This document shows, piece after piece, positions 40,301 to 53,500 of a stretch of 64,000 nt of DNA. Each line of letters opens with the position of its first letter. The stretch's first letter is position 1. A program made the position numbers and the translations under genes. The notes beneath the pieces were generated by a model. It did no database searches and was not told the origin of the DNA. It worked only from the letters and a program-made list of their open reading frames with translations. Origin of the DNA: Antedon mediterranea (lineage: Eukaryota > Animalia > Echinodermata); the NCBI RefSeq assembly GCF_964355755.1, contig NC_092675.1:16836912-16900911 (forward strand), in the 5' to 3' direction.

Positions 40301-41011
40301 TTAAAATTCTTAAAAATTATTGTAATCTATCACAGAAGAACAAAAATCAATTGCAAAAACAGCCTTTCTATGCTATGTACGGCTGTGCGCAAGCTTGAAA
40401 TGTTTAAAATGTCCTGAAACGTATAGAAAATTGATTAGAAATGTTTGCACACTTTTAAATTTTAAATGCGCGTGCGTGCGTAGCTTTGTGGGAAACATGC
40501 CATTTTTATCCACAGAAAGTTGAGTCTTGATATGAATTAAAACACAAAGTGTCAATTCAAAATGACTTTTGGTTTTTAATCTATGCTCAATCATATAAGT
40601 TCATAGATCGCACGTTGCGCAACTCTGACGTTTTTCTAAAATAGGAGGTGCACTTCACGTAAATGTCGATATGTTGACAAATTTACGAAATTTTATGTTT
40701 TAGAGAAATGTGACGCACAAAAATAGGGTGGAAAGAAAGAAGAATAATACAGAAAAAAAAAGTTGATGATGATCTCATACAGCCAAGGTGATAATTACTT
40801 CTAATTTTTATTTTTTTTATAAGGGGGATACATTGTAAACAATTTACGAGCACGGTGGTTGAAGCTTGAGGCAAGCTACGCTGATGGAAAGTTAGAAGCG
40901 GACATGGAAAAACATGAAAAAGAAGGGAAATGGAAATTGGTTGAGAGACACGTTAAGGAGGAAGAAGACAGTGACCAGAATGTAGTAACATTCATTCATC
41001 AAGTTTGCTAA
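31384..41011 (+). CDS. METTL27-like: METTL27/WBSCR27-like methyltransferase, copy 3 (intact, TE-expanded introns, ~219 aa)
   Basis: Exons 31384-31500, 33653-33775, 36308-36446, 37164-37256, 40824-41011. GT-AG, same phases as copies 1 and 2, no stops. Confidence 0.9.
32155..32290 (+). repeat. (AAGTCGCCCC...)n array, probable MITE subterminal repeat
   Basis: About 7 copies of AGTCGCCCC with short spacers. Confidence 0.6.
32394..33640. mobile_element. Zator-like MITE (TWA TSD)
   Basis: 34-bp TIR GGCCAAATAAAAAAATATACTTGTTAAGCGTCAC / GTGACGCTTAACAAGTATGTTTTTTTATTTGGTC. TAA on both flanks. Confidence 0.8.
34004..34075 (+). tRNA. tRNA(Pro-like)-derived pseudogene or SINE head
   Basis: GGCTCTGTGGTCTAGTGGTATGAT (A box)...GGTTCGAATCCC (B box)...CAGAGACA then a T-run. 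Mismatched acceptor, anticodon and T stems. Confidence 0.55.
34402..36164. mobile_element. MuDR-like MITE with (CAAGTCGGCCCCA)n subterminal arrays
   Basis: Inverted arrays at 34410-34575 and 35990-36155. 9-bp TSD ATAATATAT (34393-34401, 36165-36173). Confidence 0.75.
34985..35885. mobile_element. Nested foldback MITE (GG termini, 8-bp TSD; Merlin/MuDR-like)
   Basis: TIR GGCGCTAGTTCCGTTTCGCACCTGT with ~300-bp imperfect arms. TSD CTTCTATA at 34977-34984 and 35886-35893. Confidence 0.8.
37326..39448. mobile_element. hAT-type non-autonomous element with 5-bp TSD (hAT5-like)
   Basis: TIR CAGGGCCGTAGCCAGG / CCTGGCTACGGGCCTG. TACTC on both flanks. Confidence 0.7.
38079..39153. mobile_element. Nested hAT MITE
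   Basis: TIR CAGGGGTGGCACCAG / CTGGCGCCACCACTG. 8-bp TSD GACCAAAC. Confidence 0.85.
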
Positions 41012-41188
41012 AGAACATTATGTTTTGTAAAGTTTTTGTTTATGATTTTGAAATATGTGCCATATAATTTATACCTCTTAAATTTTACTATAGGCCTAAT
41101 AGTATTTTAAATATTGAATTATATAACGTATAACGTGTTATAACGTATTACAAACGTTCAATTTGATTTACTATTACAATACAGTATA

Positions 41189-42124
41189 TACAAGAAATAT
41201 TTCTTACGAAAAACGCTGCTCGCTTGTTGACGTAACAGTTTTAAAGATATATTGTCCCCCTGAAAAATATTTTTTATTTCAAATTTGTTTTTGAATGTGT
41301 CATTTTATTGTCACATAATAGTTATTCACATTAACGAAACAATTATTTACCTGAAAAATTTAAACGTTTCTTTTCTGTTTTTATACATTCATAAATAAAT
41401 ATTATTTTTTTGTTACAAAGTGAATAACTTTTGTATTTGAAGTAAATACAACAATAATTCATACTTTGATATGTCATAATTGTGCAATTGAAATTGAAAA
41501 ATAAAAAATACTGAATCTGTAAAAAAGATGTGCTTATTAAATAATTTAAATAAAAATGATGTCTAAATAATATTACTTTATTATACTAAACAGACTCAAT
41601 TTCTGTCACTTTAGTTTATTTTATTGCTAAAGTCAAGTCACTTCATCAAGCCTAGATGCTTCAAGTGTCAACAAATTGCATCCTATTACAATTTTACTGT
41701 TACTGTATATGAACTGTTTTGATAATTCAATGATTATCTGACAACGAATTACAGTATTATATATATATCGGTCTAGATTGACAGTCAAATGGGACTCATT
41801 GTAAATACCAGAAATAATGTTTTGATTATTTGACAGTGAATTACTATAATACTGGCCTATGTTGACAGCAAGAACAAAATCATTTATTTATTGAACAAGA
41901 TTTTACAAATTACTGTCTACATGCATCTATTATAATACTGTATTATCAGCAATTTTTTCATAGACTCTCTTCTCGAAGACGTGCTTTGGGGTTTGTAATT
42001 TTAGCATGACCCGTCCTAGTTTACAAATTACCAAAACGTCTGCCTCTAGAACTATAACTGCTGCTTGCTTTAGCTTCTGAATGAGTAGTCCTCTTGGGAC
42101 GTACCTGGCTAAACCAGCAGCGTG
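41189..42124 (-). mobile_element. Helentron-type element copy C (ends only)
   Basis: CAAGAAATATTTCTTACGAAAAACGCTGCTCG at 41191 and CTATAACTGCTGCTTGCTTTAGC...CAGCAGCGTG at 42050-42124 match copies A and B. Confidence 0.5.
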
Positions 42125-43669
42125 TGACTGTCCCTCAAGACATAAGAAAATTAAAGATGAATGAAAACAAACTGAATATTGAATAGGCCATGTTTTACAG
42201 TTATTTACTTTTGGGGGCAAATATAAAATTAAATAATGATTTCGGTTTTATAAAAAAAAATCCCCAAAATAACCATATTGGCAAAAAAAAAATGGAAATT
42301 TACAAAATGAATGAACCAAGACACCTCACACAGAGCGACCAGGCACGGTAAAATGTATGTTGCAAAATAAAATCAATTATCATTATTATAACACCTAAAT
42401 AAATTCCTGTCTTTGATTGGACGATTGTGGGTCACGTGGCGTGCAATGTACTCACTACTTTAAACTATGTTAAATAGTACCCTTTTCTCTATTTTTCGGT
42501 AAGCGGAAAATGCAAAAATAGAATCTATGTTATTTCTTAATCTTATGACCAACACAGAACGCAGAGTTCGTTCTGGTTCCATATTCCATGAGGCCGAAGA
42601 ACGTAGATATTTCCCGTATTTCGTAAGAACAAGCAGGGTGCAACGATTTTATCTCTAATGTATGAGATATAATTCCGTATTACGCCCATTTACTCAGTCA
42701 AGCGGATCAGGATGTAATATATCCCGTATTAACCGTTTTATTTTTCGCTTTATTTCTACTTTTTGTGAAGCAAAATATTGTGCAACCAATCAGAGCTCAG
42801 GTAATGAGCTATGACGCTTTCATGAGCACTCATGCGAATCGAAATGCTCAGCAACCACGCGAGGAACATGAACGTTCATGTAGTAAGAGCGTGAATTATG
42901 TTTGCCAGCCTTTTCTAGTAATTTTAACAACTTTTAAACAATTTCGACTTAAAATCACGTCATACGAGCACGTCGAATTGGACAATTCGCGCGCGTTTCA
43001 AAATTATGCCTTTTAAAAAAAAGTCATAGTATCTAAACGAAATGGTGAAGTTTATTTTTATTACGTTTTCTGGAAGTTGATGAGTTAATATGGCTAACCG
43101 GACATTGTGACGTCATCGTATGGCCACTCGGATATAAAATAAATAAATATTTTTGTCTCTTTCGATAGCTCATCACATTTAATAGAGCGCATCTCCACTT
43201 ATCCGCATTCCATTTTCCCAAGATATTGATATTGTCTAGGTCAATTATCTTCGCATGATTTACCATTTTTAAAATGTTGATGACGTCATCATGTTCAAAA
43301 GCGTGAATAGCTAGGGTCTGTTATTTTCATCATTCCAGTAAATTTCAATGTTATAGCTCATCAGTATGAAAAGTGAAACTCATGATTAAAACGTTTTCTG
43401 GAAGCTGTTGAATTGTAGATACGAATTCATGTACGTACACATTTTGACGTCATCTTATGGCAAGTTGAATAATTAAAAACGTCGTATTTTCATATTTTGC
43501 GTCATACCGTAGTTCATGACATTTAAAAGAGCGCGCATCCATATTCTACGTCTCCAAATTTCTTCAACACGTTAATATGTTGTTGCTCAGACAATTCCCT
43601 TCCAAAACTGCTATCTACGTGCTTCATTTTGATATTAAAGCGGGTCCCATTATTTTTACCTATAATAAT

Positions 43670-45916
43670 GGTTCTAGGACACCTACCCCCTAGACAGTTA
43701 CCCCCCCCCCTCCCCCCGGATGTTTACCACCCGGACAACAACCCCCTTAGGACAACTACCCCCCGGACAACTACTCCCTTAGGACAACTACCCCCTTAGG
43801 ATAACAACCCCCCGGACAACTACCCCCTTAGGACAACTACCCCCTTAGGATAACTACCCCCCGGGTAACTACCCCCGGTCAAAAAGTAGACAAATATATA
43901 GGACCGGCTTCTGTAAAAATGAAATCATCTGTTTTTAACGGGTGTTTCGAAACTAGAGACCCGAGACCAGAGACCTGACACGAGACCCAATACGAAAAGG
44001 GAGACCTATATTTGGGTCTCCCTTTTCGTATATTTGGGTCTCCCTTTTCGTATATTAGGGTCTCTCTTTTCGTATAGTGGGGTCTCCCTTTTCTTATAGT
44101 GAGTCTCCCTTTTCGTATATTTGGGTCTCCCATTTTGTATATTTGGGTCTCCCTTTTCATATATTTGGGTCTCCCTTTTCGTATATTTAGGTCTCCCTTT
44201 TCGTATAGGGTCTCCGTTTTCGTTATAGTGGGGTCTCCCTTTTCGTATAGTGGGGTCTCCCTTTTCGTATATTTAGGTCTCCCTTTTCGTATATTTAGGT
44301 CTCCCTTTTCGTATTGGGTCTCGGGTCTCTGTTCTCTGGTCTCGGATCTCTAGTTTCGAAACACCTGTTTTTAACCGATTATTCTGTTTAACAGCACACT
44401 AGACCCTAGATGTGCTAGATTTAAAGTACCGTATTTATTGAAAAAACGGCCTGGGCTGTTTATTGTTCAGGTGGTTTTTAGGTGGACATTTATTGGAAGA
44501 AAGTTGTTTATTCAATGGGAGGGGGTATAATCTAATGGACGCCGATTATTCCATATGGTGTTTCATGGGAGTAACATGGTCACCGTTTATTTGAGGGGAA
44601 TTTATTTAAAGATCGCCGTTTATTCGGTGAGTGAACATTGAGGTCAAATATCAAAAGTGATATCACACATCAAGTGTACAAAAATAGGGACAGTTTTAAA
44701 AAGTATTATAAATCGTAAATGTTTTACTGTGTTTAGTGGTATATTGATAGGCCTATAAAACATTTAAAACAATATTTCGTTACTGAGTGGCTAGAGAATA
44801 TATTTAAAAATTGTTCTTCCCATCTTCTTCCCCATCCCTCAACTCTACTGCTCTATATACAAAACATAAATTGGGTTTGTTTAAATGAGTTCAAATAAAA
44901 AAATTGGACTCATTTTTAAGACAAGGCCTAATTCCTAGGGTGCTAATTTTACATAAATCATCGTGTCTAATTATTCGTTTCTGTAAACGACTATAGTCCT
45001 GCGGTACGTACATTTTTTATATTGAAATGAATGTGTATTCGAGAACCATCTGTGGACACGACCTAGATGGTACGCGAGCGAAGCGAGCGTACCATCTAGT
45101 ATGACAAATTTGAGAAAAAAATTAATTCTTTTAAGACCAGTGGTTATCGAAGCATTGTCCTGACGCAAAAATTATTATTATTATTCGCGAACCCAGTCTT
45201 TACAGGAGATACAGGGAGTACTATATAATACGTTCGACTATCTTATGATCATGTGTGACAATCTTCAGTTTATACCAGGCTATATTTATGTTCAATCTTT
45301 TACTTTTGTTTACAATAATGAATAGTAATTCGTCAAAGTAACGAATTAAAATATATTTATAATTCCTATAATACACTGTTGCAGAGTCAGGTTGTTGAAT
45401 GGTCTGGGTGGTAGTTGTCCAGGGGTTAGTTGTCCTAAAAGATTATTTGCCCTCGGAGTATTGTCCAGGTCCAGGAGGTAGTTGTGCACTGTGAACAGCA
45501 AAACAGCAATTTTGCTGTTGTCTTCTACCAGACGACAACTGGTGAAATTATTTACGCAGGCGCAGTGTCGCCAGTGGGCGTGGCTATCACTTTCAATCAC
45601 TCGTTGTCTGAGCTCCCGTCGTGTTTCGTAAACTCTCTATTGTGTCAGAGGTAGTTGTCCGCGGTTATTACCCGGGGGAGGGGGTAATTGTCCGGGGGGT
45701 AATTGTTCCTAGGGTAGTTGTCCAGGGGGTAGTTGTCCTAAGGGGGTAGTTGTCCTAAGGGGGGTTGTTGTCCGGGGTGGGGGGGGGGGGGGGGGTATTT
45801 GTCCGGGGGTAGTTGTCCTAAAGGGGTAGTTGTCCGGGGGGTAGTTGTCCGGGGGGTAGTTGTCCGGGGGGTAGTTTTCCGGGGGTAAATGTCCAGGGGG
45901 CGAATATCCGGATACG
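43670..45916. mobile_element. MuDR-like element with (GGACAACTACCCC)n subterminal arrays
   Basis: Arrays at 43680-43878 are inverted at 45650-45900. Near-TSD ATAATAAT/ATAATCAT. Confidence 0.7.
43940..44366. mobile_element. Nested MuDR-type MITE with internal ~22-bp tandem (TATATTTGGGTCTCCCTTTTCG)n
   Basis: TIR GGTGTTTCGAAACTAGAGA. 9-bp TSD GTTTTTAAC (43931-43939, 44367-44375). Confidence 0.85.
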
Positions 45917-46009
45917 ATAATCATGTATACAGTATTATATAGTGTATACTGTAACAAAAATAGAGGGCACACTAACATTTCATTTTCTTTGGGTCACAAT
46001 GACATAATC

Positions 46010-46622
46010 GCTAATTCTGGCTACGCATTGATGCGGGGTAGCAAGTGTAGAAGTAGCTCGTATAAAGAACATTCTACAACAATCTATACTATATGTTCAA
46101 TGGATGGAGGGGACAACAAACTAAATGTTGAGAATGGTAAATATCAGAGTTACTTTGAGTGAATATTATACATATTATCTGATATTTCCGTATATTAATT
46201 TTGTTCTACTTACCTAAATATTTCAGACAGATATATGATGCTTTAGTGTGCGTTGGTGCCTTTGCTTACAATCATCTAAAATCAGACGTATTTCTAGATT
46301 TTATTCGAGTTACTAAACCAGGTTGAATGTATGTCACTTAATTATAAGCCTTAGTTTATAAGCACGATACATTATATTATAGTTTATCCATCCTGTAATT
46401 TAGCGAGTTGCTTGCTGTTGGATGAGTATGAACAAGAAATATTTCTTACAAAAAACGCTGATCGAAATTTTAAAATTAATCATTGTTCTTTCTTCAGATA
46501 TATTTATGATTAAGTATTAAAAAGATGTCCTTTAATCGCAAAAATACATACAAATCAAAGATAGTTGTTTAATTATGATTCACATGCCCATTTCAAAATG
46601 GTCAATTTTGAACTTTAATGTG

Positions 46623-46656
<34 letters not shown>

Positions 46657-48887
46657 CCTCAACCTGTTGGCATGCAACTGAATACCCTCTAGAGACAGAG
46701 TGACTTCACGAAAATTCTTCCCAGTCTGTTGATTCGCGTCAACCAATCAAAGGGCGAGAATCCAAAATCATTCAACTGTGAGCCCTCATAGACTCTCTTT
46801 TCCCAGACCTTTTTTGGGTCCAGCAGCTGGGATCTATAAATTATAGTCGAGTTTACAAAGTCGCAAAACTATCGGCCTTAGATACTATAACTGCTGCTTG
46901 CTTTAGCTTATGAATGAGTAGTCCTCATGGGACGTAGCTGGCTATTCAATTATATGCAAAATGAATTTACCATGCTAGGTTTTTATTCAGGTAACAAAAA
47001 AACAATGTATTATTAATTATATAAAAAATGAAACCAATTCTGTGAAATCTGAATTCTGAAAAACTTCAATAAATATATGATTCTATAGAAACTACATGTC
47101 TTATCAGAATAACATTATAATCAAATAATACAATGGTAATTAAAGGAGAAAAAGTGTATAAATAATAATTTTCTGAACTGTAGATGATATGCAAATTTTT
47201 TTTTTTTATTTTAGGTAAAAATGAGATAACTATACATAGCAACAGCTGCTATGGCGATTAAACAATTACAACACACCAAAACAGTTTTAAATTAATTTAT
47301 TAACTTTTAATTATTTACGATGATTTCTTGTAATAGGTGATTTTTGCATATATAGAATGAAACTAGCTGGATAATTTGTGTAATTTTACTTTGTTGCTAT
47401 GGAAATGAAAATGTGTTATTGTTAAATAATTGTTCATTTTTTTAAACATATACATATTTATAAACATAACCATATTTACCAATAGTAGAAGTTAGTTTTT
47501 ATTCACAAAGTAACTAAGTAGTATTTTTCAATACATTATACAGTATATAGTATTTAAATTGTATATGAAATGTTGCTTATAATGAACCTACACCACTTTA
47601 GCAAGACAATTTGCGTAATTTTACTTCGATGCTAATGCTATGGAAGTGAAAATCTGTTTTTGTTACGTTAGTTAAATAATGTTTCTTTTTTACACATAAA
47701 TATATTTACCAATACTAGAAGTTTTTTTCCAAAAAGTAATTTAAAAAAAACAAAACCCGTGTATAATAAACTGTAATGCAAAAAAACAGTTCAAACATTC
47801 TGTTTAAAAGCTGTGTAACGTAACAATGTACATAGCAACAGTTGCTATGGAGATGAATATTTAATTTTTTAAAATTATTTTAGTCATTTTTCAATACCCA
47901 AATAGTATTTTAATTGATTTATTAAGTTATAAATATAACTTTCTTATAATATCAGATGATTTTTATTTATATAGAATGAAACTAGCTGTACAATTTGTAA
48001 TTTTACTCTGTTGCTATGGAAAGAAAAAATGAATTTTTGTTAAGTTATTAAAAGAATTTGGATTTTTTTTGGGACTATTTTAACAATACTAGTAGATAGT
48101 TTTTATTTAAAAATTGATGGAAAATACAATGTTTATTAATGTAAATAAAAACTGTTGTCCCTTTTTACGGAAAAATTCTGTGTACAATCTGTAATGTACA
48201 AATATGCATAGCAACGGTTGATATGGCGATGGAAATTTTATTTTTTTAAATTGTTTTATTCGCTTTCTAATACCAGAGTATGTTTTTAGCAGGTTTCAAT
48301 GATTATTGGTGAGTAGTTTTGGAGAAAAGCAATTTTAACTTAAATTATCCTAAAACTATAATTCTTATGTAAAAAATGGTGGCCATTTTGATTATGCGAT
48401 TTGGACATGTTCCCCCAAAGGGATTCTGGGTAATTTTGAGTTGTGACCTTCCCAAGACCTATATTTTCTAAAAATATAAAAATTAGCCGGTAGTACTTCC
48501 ATTGCCACCTCAACCAAAAAATAGCCTCTAATCTGCCCACCTACTAGAGAAGCAGCGTGAAAAAAGAGAAAACATTCCTATGGTTATGTAGTTTACAACT
48601 AGCATACTGTCACTTTTCATTCTTCCTTGTTTTTTTTTATTACCTAATAGGCGTATATATAATGTATATAACCAATATTCTTTCTTATTTTATTAAATAA
48701 ATCAGGTGGGCTATAACTTGATGCGAACACAGTGGTTGGAGCTTGAGGCAAGCTACGCTGATATGGTGGAAAGTTAGAAGGGGCATGGCAACACTGGAAA
48801 ATAAAAGGGAAACTGATTGAGAGACACGTTCATGAGGCAGTCGACAGTGAACAGAATGTAGTAAAATTCAGTCAACAAATTTGCTAA
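46010..48887 (+). pseudogene. METTL27-like: METTL27-like copy 4, decayed (exons 3-5 only)
   Basis: Frameshifted homologs of exon 3 (about 46010-46136), exon 4 (46227-46321, +2 frameshift) and exon 5 (48706-48887). Exons 1-2 not found. Confidence 0.85.
46431..48565 (-). mobile_element. Helentron-type element copy B, containing a ~1.6-kb insert (46945-48546)
   Basis: Reverse-complement match to copy A with both LINE sites empty. (TG)n at 46625-46655. Insert flanked by CTA, containing GTTGCTATGG repeats. Confidence 0.65.
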
Positions 48888-49214
48888 AGAATATACTAGT
48901 TTTGTTTAATTACTGTACGATTTATAGTAATATAATACACTAATCTACATCAAATTAAAATTGTATAAAATTACTATTACTGTATATTAATAGTAATGTT
49001 AACGTTTTAATTATGCAACTGTATGGCGCATTCAATTAATTTTGTTTACTATTACAATATATCAATAGTAATTTAAAAATATTAATTGTTAATTATGTAA
49101 TAATGATGATAATAATAAACATATTTTTTTAAAGGATTGAAAACATTTAATAACATTTGTGATAAGCTCCATATTTTTGATTACTAACTATTTTATTTAG
49201 TATGGGATATTTAA

Positions 49215-49743
49215 AGATGTATTGTCCCTTGAAACACAAAAAATGAAGGTCAAAATATTCTAAATTTAAATTGGCCATATCAAAGTAATATTAAAGTTAT
49301 TCACTTTAGGTTGAAAATTCAAGCCAAAAACAAAAAGTTTACGTAATTAACAGGTAAATTAATTTGATTACATTTCGTCTAGAAAATCGTCGCCAGCAAA
49401 AATAAACAAAGATTTCCAACCACGAGTATGCATTATGCAAATTATGATTGTTTACAACTCATCACGGTTGAGAAGGTGTTTTCACACAGATCGCGAGAAA
49501 GTTTCATGATTATGCATACAGAGTAGCCAAACAAGCGTGTTGCATTATGAGATATGTTTTGATCGAAAACTTTGAGTCAAGTTATTTTTTGAACAAAAAA
49601 ACGTCTGTATTTCAATTAAATGATTTTTTTTCCGACTAATTTTTGGTGAAAGTTAATAACTATTATGATACTTCAAAATTATCCACTTTTTTTCGAAATC
49701 TGTTTTTTTTTTTTTTTTAATTAGTCAAATGGACAATACATCT
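49215..49743. mobile_element. Kolobok-type MITE (TTAA TSD)
   Basis: TIR AGATGTATTGTCC. The adjacent tandem unit at about 49790-49853 preserves the empty site GGGATAT-TTAA-AGGAT. A second copy lies inverted at about 62560-63039. Confidence 0.85.
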
Positions 49744-50524
49744 TTAAAGGATTCCATTTTCAACGACAGTACATTTATTATAACCCCACATTTTTGATTT
49801 ACTAAATATTTCATTTAGTATGGGATATTTAAAGGATCCCATTTTCAAAGACAGATTTATAACTGTCATAATACATATCTTTCTTTAGTATATTTACTGG
49901 TTCATTATAACTAATTGTGCACTGTAATTATATTAATGTATTAATAAAATTGCAATAAAAAATGTAAAAGCCACAGGTTGTTCACTTTCATTTCTGTAAT
50001 AGAAACTAAATTTTAAAATAGCTTACAGTACATAAAAAAAATATACACTACAAAAATTAAGTTATCATTTACGGAAGCAAAATGATAAAGACAATCCTTT
50101 AAAATCTTTTTTTTAAAGTTGGTAGAGAATCAATAAACATTTATACTTTATTGGGAAAAAAGAATGATCAAAAACGCTAAATTTTCAATTTACAATAATT
50201 CTACCACACTATTATATACGGTTTGAGCATTATTAATAACAACGAATTAGGAAATCATCACTCAATAGTGATATTGAACAAATATATCCAAATAATTAAC
50301 TATTTCAATTGGTATATGAAAAATCAAAAGCAACCTGAATTTTCAGAGTACATTATAAAATAGGAAGATAACCACTACAAATAGTATTTTACTGGACAGT
50401 ATTTACATAAAATACAAATGTATTTATATACAGTATTTTCACAATGTGTTTAACTTAATATCCTCGCCCCATTTCCCCTCCCCCACCCAATTACATGATT
50501 ATGGTTGCTCATGTAATTTCTTAC

Positions 50525-53500
50525 TCAAATACTTTTCACTTGTATAAAATCCAACTTTGCTTCATCATTTCGGAGATTCTGGATGTTGTATACATTGCCT
50601 ATAAAGAGAATTTGAAATTATGATACTCAGCCTCAGCTCGTTACAAGTGAATTAAATATATCTTTAAATATTTGTACTGTACGTTGGAGCTATTATTAGG
50701 CCTAGGCTTAGACCGCTCCGGCGTTTACAACAACAACAACGAACCACGCTCAGCAGCTCACTATCGTCGTATGATGTGAGTTTAGTGAGGCATGACAAAT
50801 CACATGACTTATTGTTACTTGGCTGATCTGAGAGAATGGAAGAGTCCAACTTGTATTGGGGATTGAAAACCACGTGGTTTGTTTGCGTGGTTATTATTTA
50901 GAGAGCAAGCCGCGCCGCAAATGCGCTGTACATTATAACACAGCTATTTTTAGGTACAGTACAGTTAATGTGTGTGTGATTGAATACTAAAAATAGCTTT
51001 GGGGGCTGAACAAAAAAAAATGCCGACGTGTTGGCGAGGTGGGCTTCGTTTACGTCGGCATTTTTTTGCCGAGGTCATTTCGTCCAAATTTCGAGGGCTG
51101 GATACTAGAATAATCATCAGTGTATCATTTTAAACATTATATTTAACATACTTAAGGCCAATTTACACAGACGAGCGGTGATGGTAATACCAATATAGAA
51201 TCTATATTATTCCTTATGGCCATTTACACACAAGGCATAGCAGACGAGCAGTTTCTGCTCAGGATAGATAGATTCTACGTGGGACAAGCTATGCTTACCG
51301 TTACCGCTTGTCTGTGTAAAAACATGGTTTAGTATACAGCCATGTTTGGATGTAACTCAATAAAGGTTTGCGATTGAAATCAGTTTGTCTTGATATTTCA
51401 GTTTTTATACTACAGGCAGTCTGAAGTAAAGCTAGGCAAATAAAGTAAACCAAATATTTCCATTAGAATGTTAGTTTAGTCGACTAATAAATGTGATACA
51501 TGATAAAAATAATACGTTTCTTTTATACTGTATTATCATATGCTAATTTAAGATGTTAAAAAAAAGTTCATGCTAAAGATCTGTCTACACTATAAAACTA
51601 GTTTGACATAAAAAGTGTGATGCGGCCAAATATGGTAGCGATATTATTTCATTGTGTCCATATATGGGCACATCACATTTTGTTGTCACATAGTGTAGAT
51701 AGAGCTTAAGCTCTTACCTTTAGGAACAAAGAACCTGGCACCAGATTCAAGAATGGTTGTTGTTTCGTGTATGGTGACTGCAAGCTTACCCCGTATAATT
51801 CTAAACACCATTGTATCGTTTCTGACAACTTGAAGGCCTTTTTTTTGTAAAGGACGAATCAATAATTCACCTGAAAAACAATAACATTCGTCATTACATT
51901 GATTTGTGACTCTGATTTTTAACTGTTGACCATGCCTCAAAGTTTATTTTCAAACTTATTTTCGTCTCTATCGCCTGCAATACTTTATTTGAGAAATTTA
52001 ACTTATTTATCTTAATTACTGTATGTTTAATTCTCAATTTACAAATTATTTCTTTTATTGTGTGTGATAAAAACAATAAACAAAACATTGTAAAAACGAT
52101 TAGTATAATTATATATTCAAATTCTTATTATCACTCATTCAAAATTGTGATTGAATACAATTATCAATAACAAACATTACAAACCTGCAGAAAAAGACTT
52201 CTGATATAGAGACTTTGACATAGCAATTGGATCATCACTTGTAACCGGTTTACCAGTTGGACCAAAGAAACGATTCATCTCACTTGTAGCTATAGCATCT
52301 GAAAAAATAATTCACGTCTTCTTGAAATATTTATGGTTTGATATTTTTATATTATTAATCCAAAAGAAAATCACTTATATGGAGGGAATTTATTCGAGGG
52401 GGTTGTTTATTCAAACTGCGGGTTTAAAAAAAAATGAATATGGTATGTTAAAATAATTTTTAGTAATGAAGTTTAAAATACATTGATCATAGTAGCCTTA
52501 CCTATGTCAACTTCCTCATTTGTACTAGGATTCAATACTGTGATTGTTGGGTTAACCTCAATATGCTCCTCTATATCGGATAAATTCGCATGAATTGACA
52601 GATTGTGTGGTGTCTGTGGAATCTTCTTTTTTGCTACAAAAACAAAAATATTTATTTCCTAAATAGTAAAGTACCTAATATTATGTTGTTTTCAGTGTAT
52701 TGTTCATTCATTGTAAGTTGTACTTTTCTAAGCATAGTTTTTTCAAATGGTTGTGATGTATATGTTAATGTACAAAATACAAAATCTCAAACCTTTTCTT
52801 TTTGGTTTAGCAGCTGGGGGAGATGGTGTTGGTAATGTCGGGGACATTATCCCTGATAGTGCAAAGCCTCCTGATGGACGTCTAGAATAGAGCGCCCTCT
52901 CATTCCTCCAATACTCCAGTGGTTTTACACGCGATCGTTTGGTACGCCTTGTTCCATCATTATATACTTCAGGATTTACTGAAATATTAAATTGTTGACA
53001 AAATGATATTGGCAATCACCTACAATTTAGGAATCTTTTAATAGAAACATGTAGGCTACACCACATAGACAAAATTCATCCTTTTCATTAGCAAGATAAA
53101 ACATATTTAAATGTATTTTAAAATATTTACAAAAACTATAGACATGAACAAAATATTGTAACATTAATATTTTGTTTTTACACATTCACCTTCAAGTCTA
53201 AAATATCCCTTATCTGTAATTGTATAACAAAAGTAACTTACTTATAAAGGCTTTTTTCTTTGGAACCTCAAAGAATTTAAGTGTCCAATTGGCTCGCTTA
53301 GATTCATCTTGACTGGCGGTTGGTTCTGTTTCATTGGGATCAGAGGAACCTGTTGTATCTATAATAATAAATAATATGAACACAACAATTCATAAGTAAA
53401 CTGGTAAAGTTATCAAAGATGCTTTATCATAAATAAATCTGATTTTCAAAATCAAGATTCTTACCAGCAACAGGAGTTGACTTGTGTTCTGGTAACATAT

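Noticed and set aside
42385-43660. Possible Crypton- or Tc1-like non-autonomous elements
   Set aside because: Repeat-like, CCAAT/CRE-rich sequence, but I could not define paired termini or TSDs.
45064-45100. Perfect 13-bp hairpin (CTAGATGGTACGC...GCGTACCATCTAG) as a terminator or ncRNA
   Set aside because: The GCGAGCGAAGCGAGC core is a common Helitron/MITE end motif (also near 38138). There is no evidence for an independent function.
43879-45978. Repetitive-peptide ORFs (43879, 44099, 45709; also 25494, 32084, 34380, 35962, 35987)
   Set aside because: Translations of MITE subterminal or internal tandem arrays.
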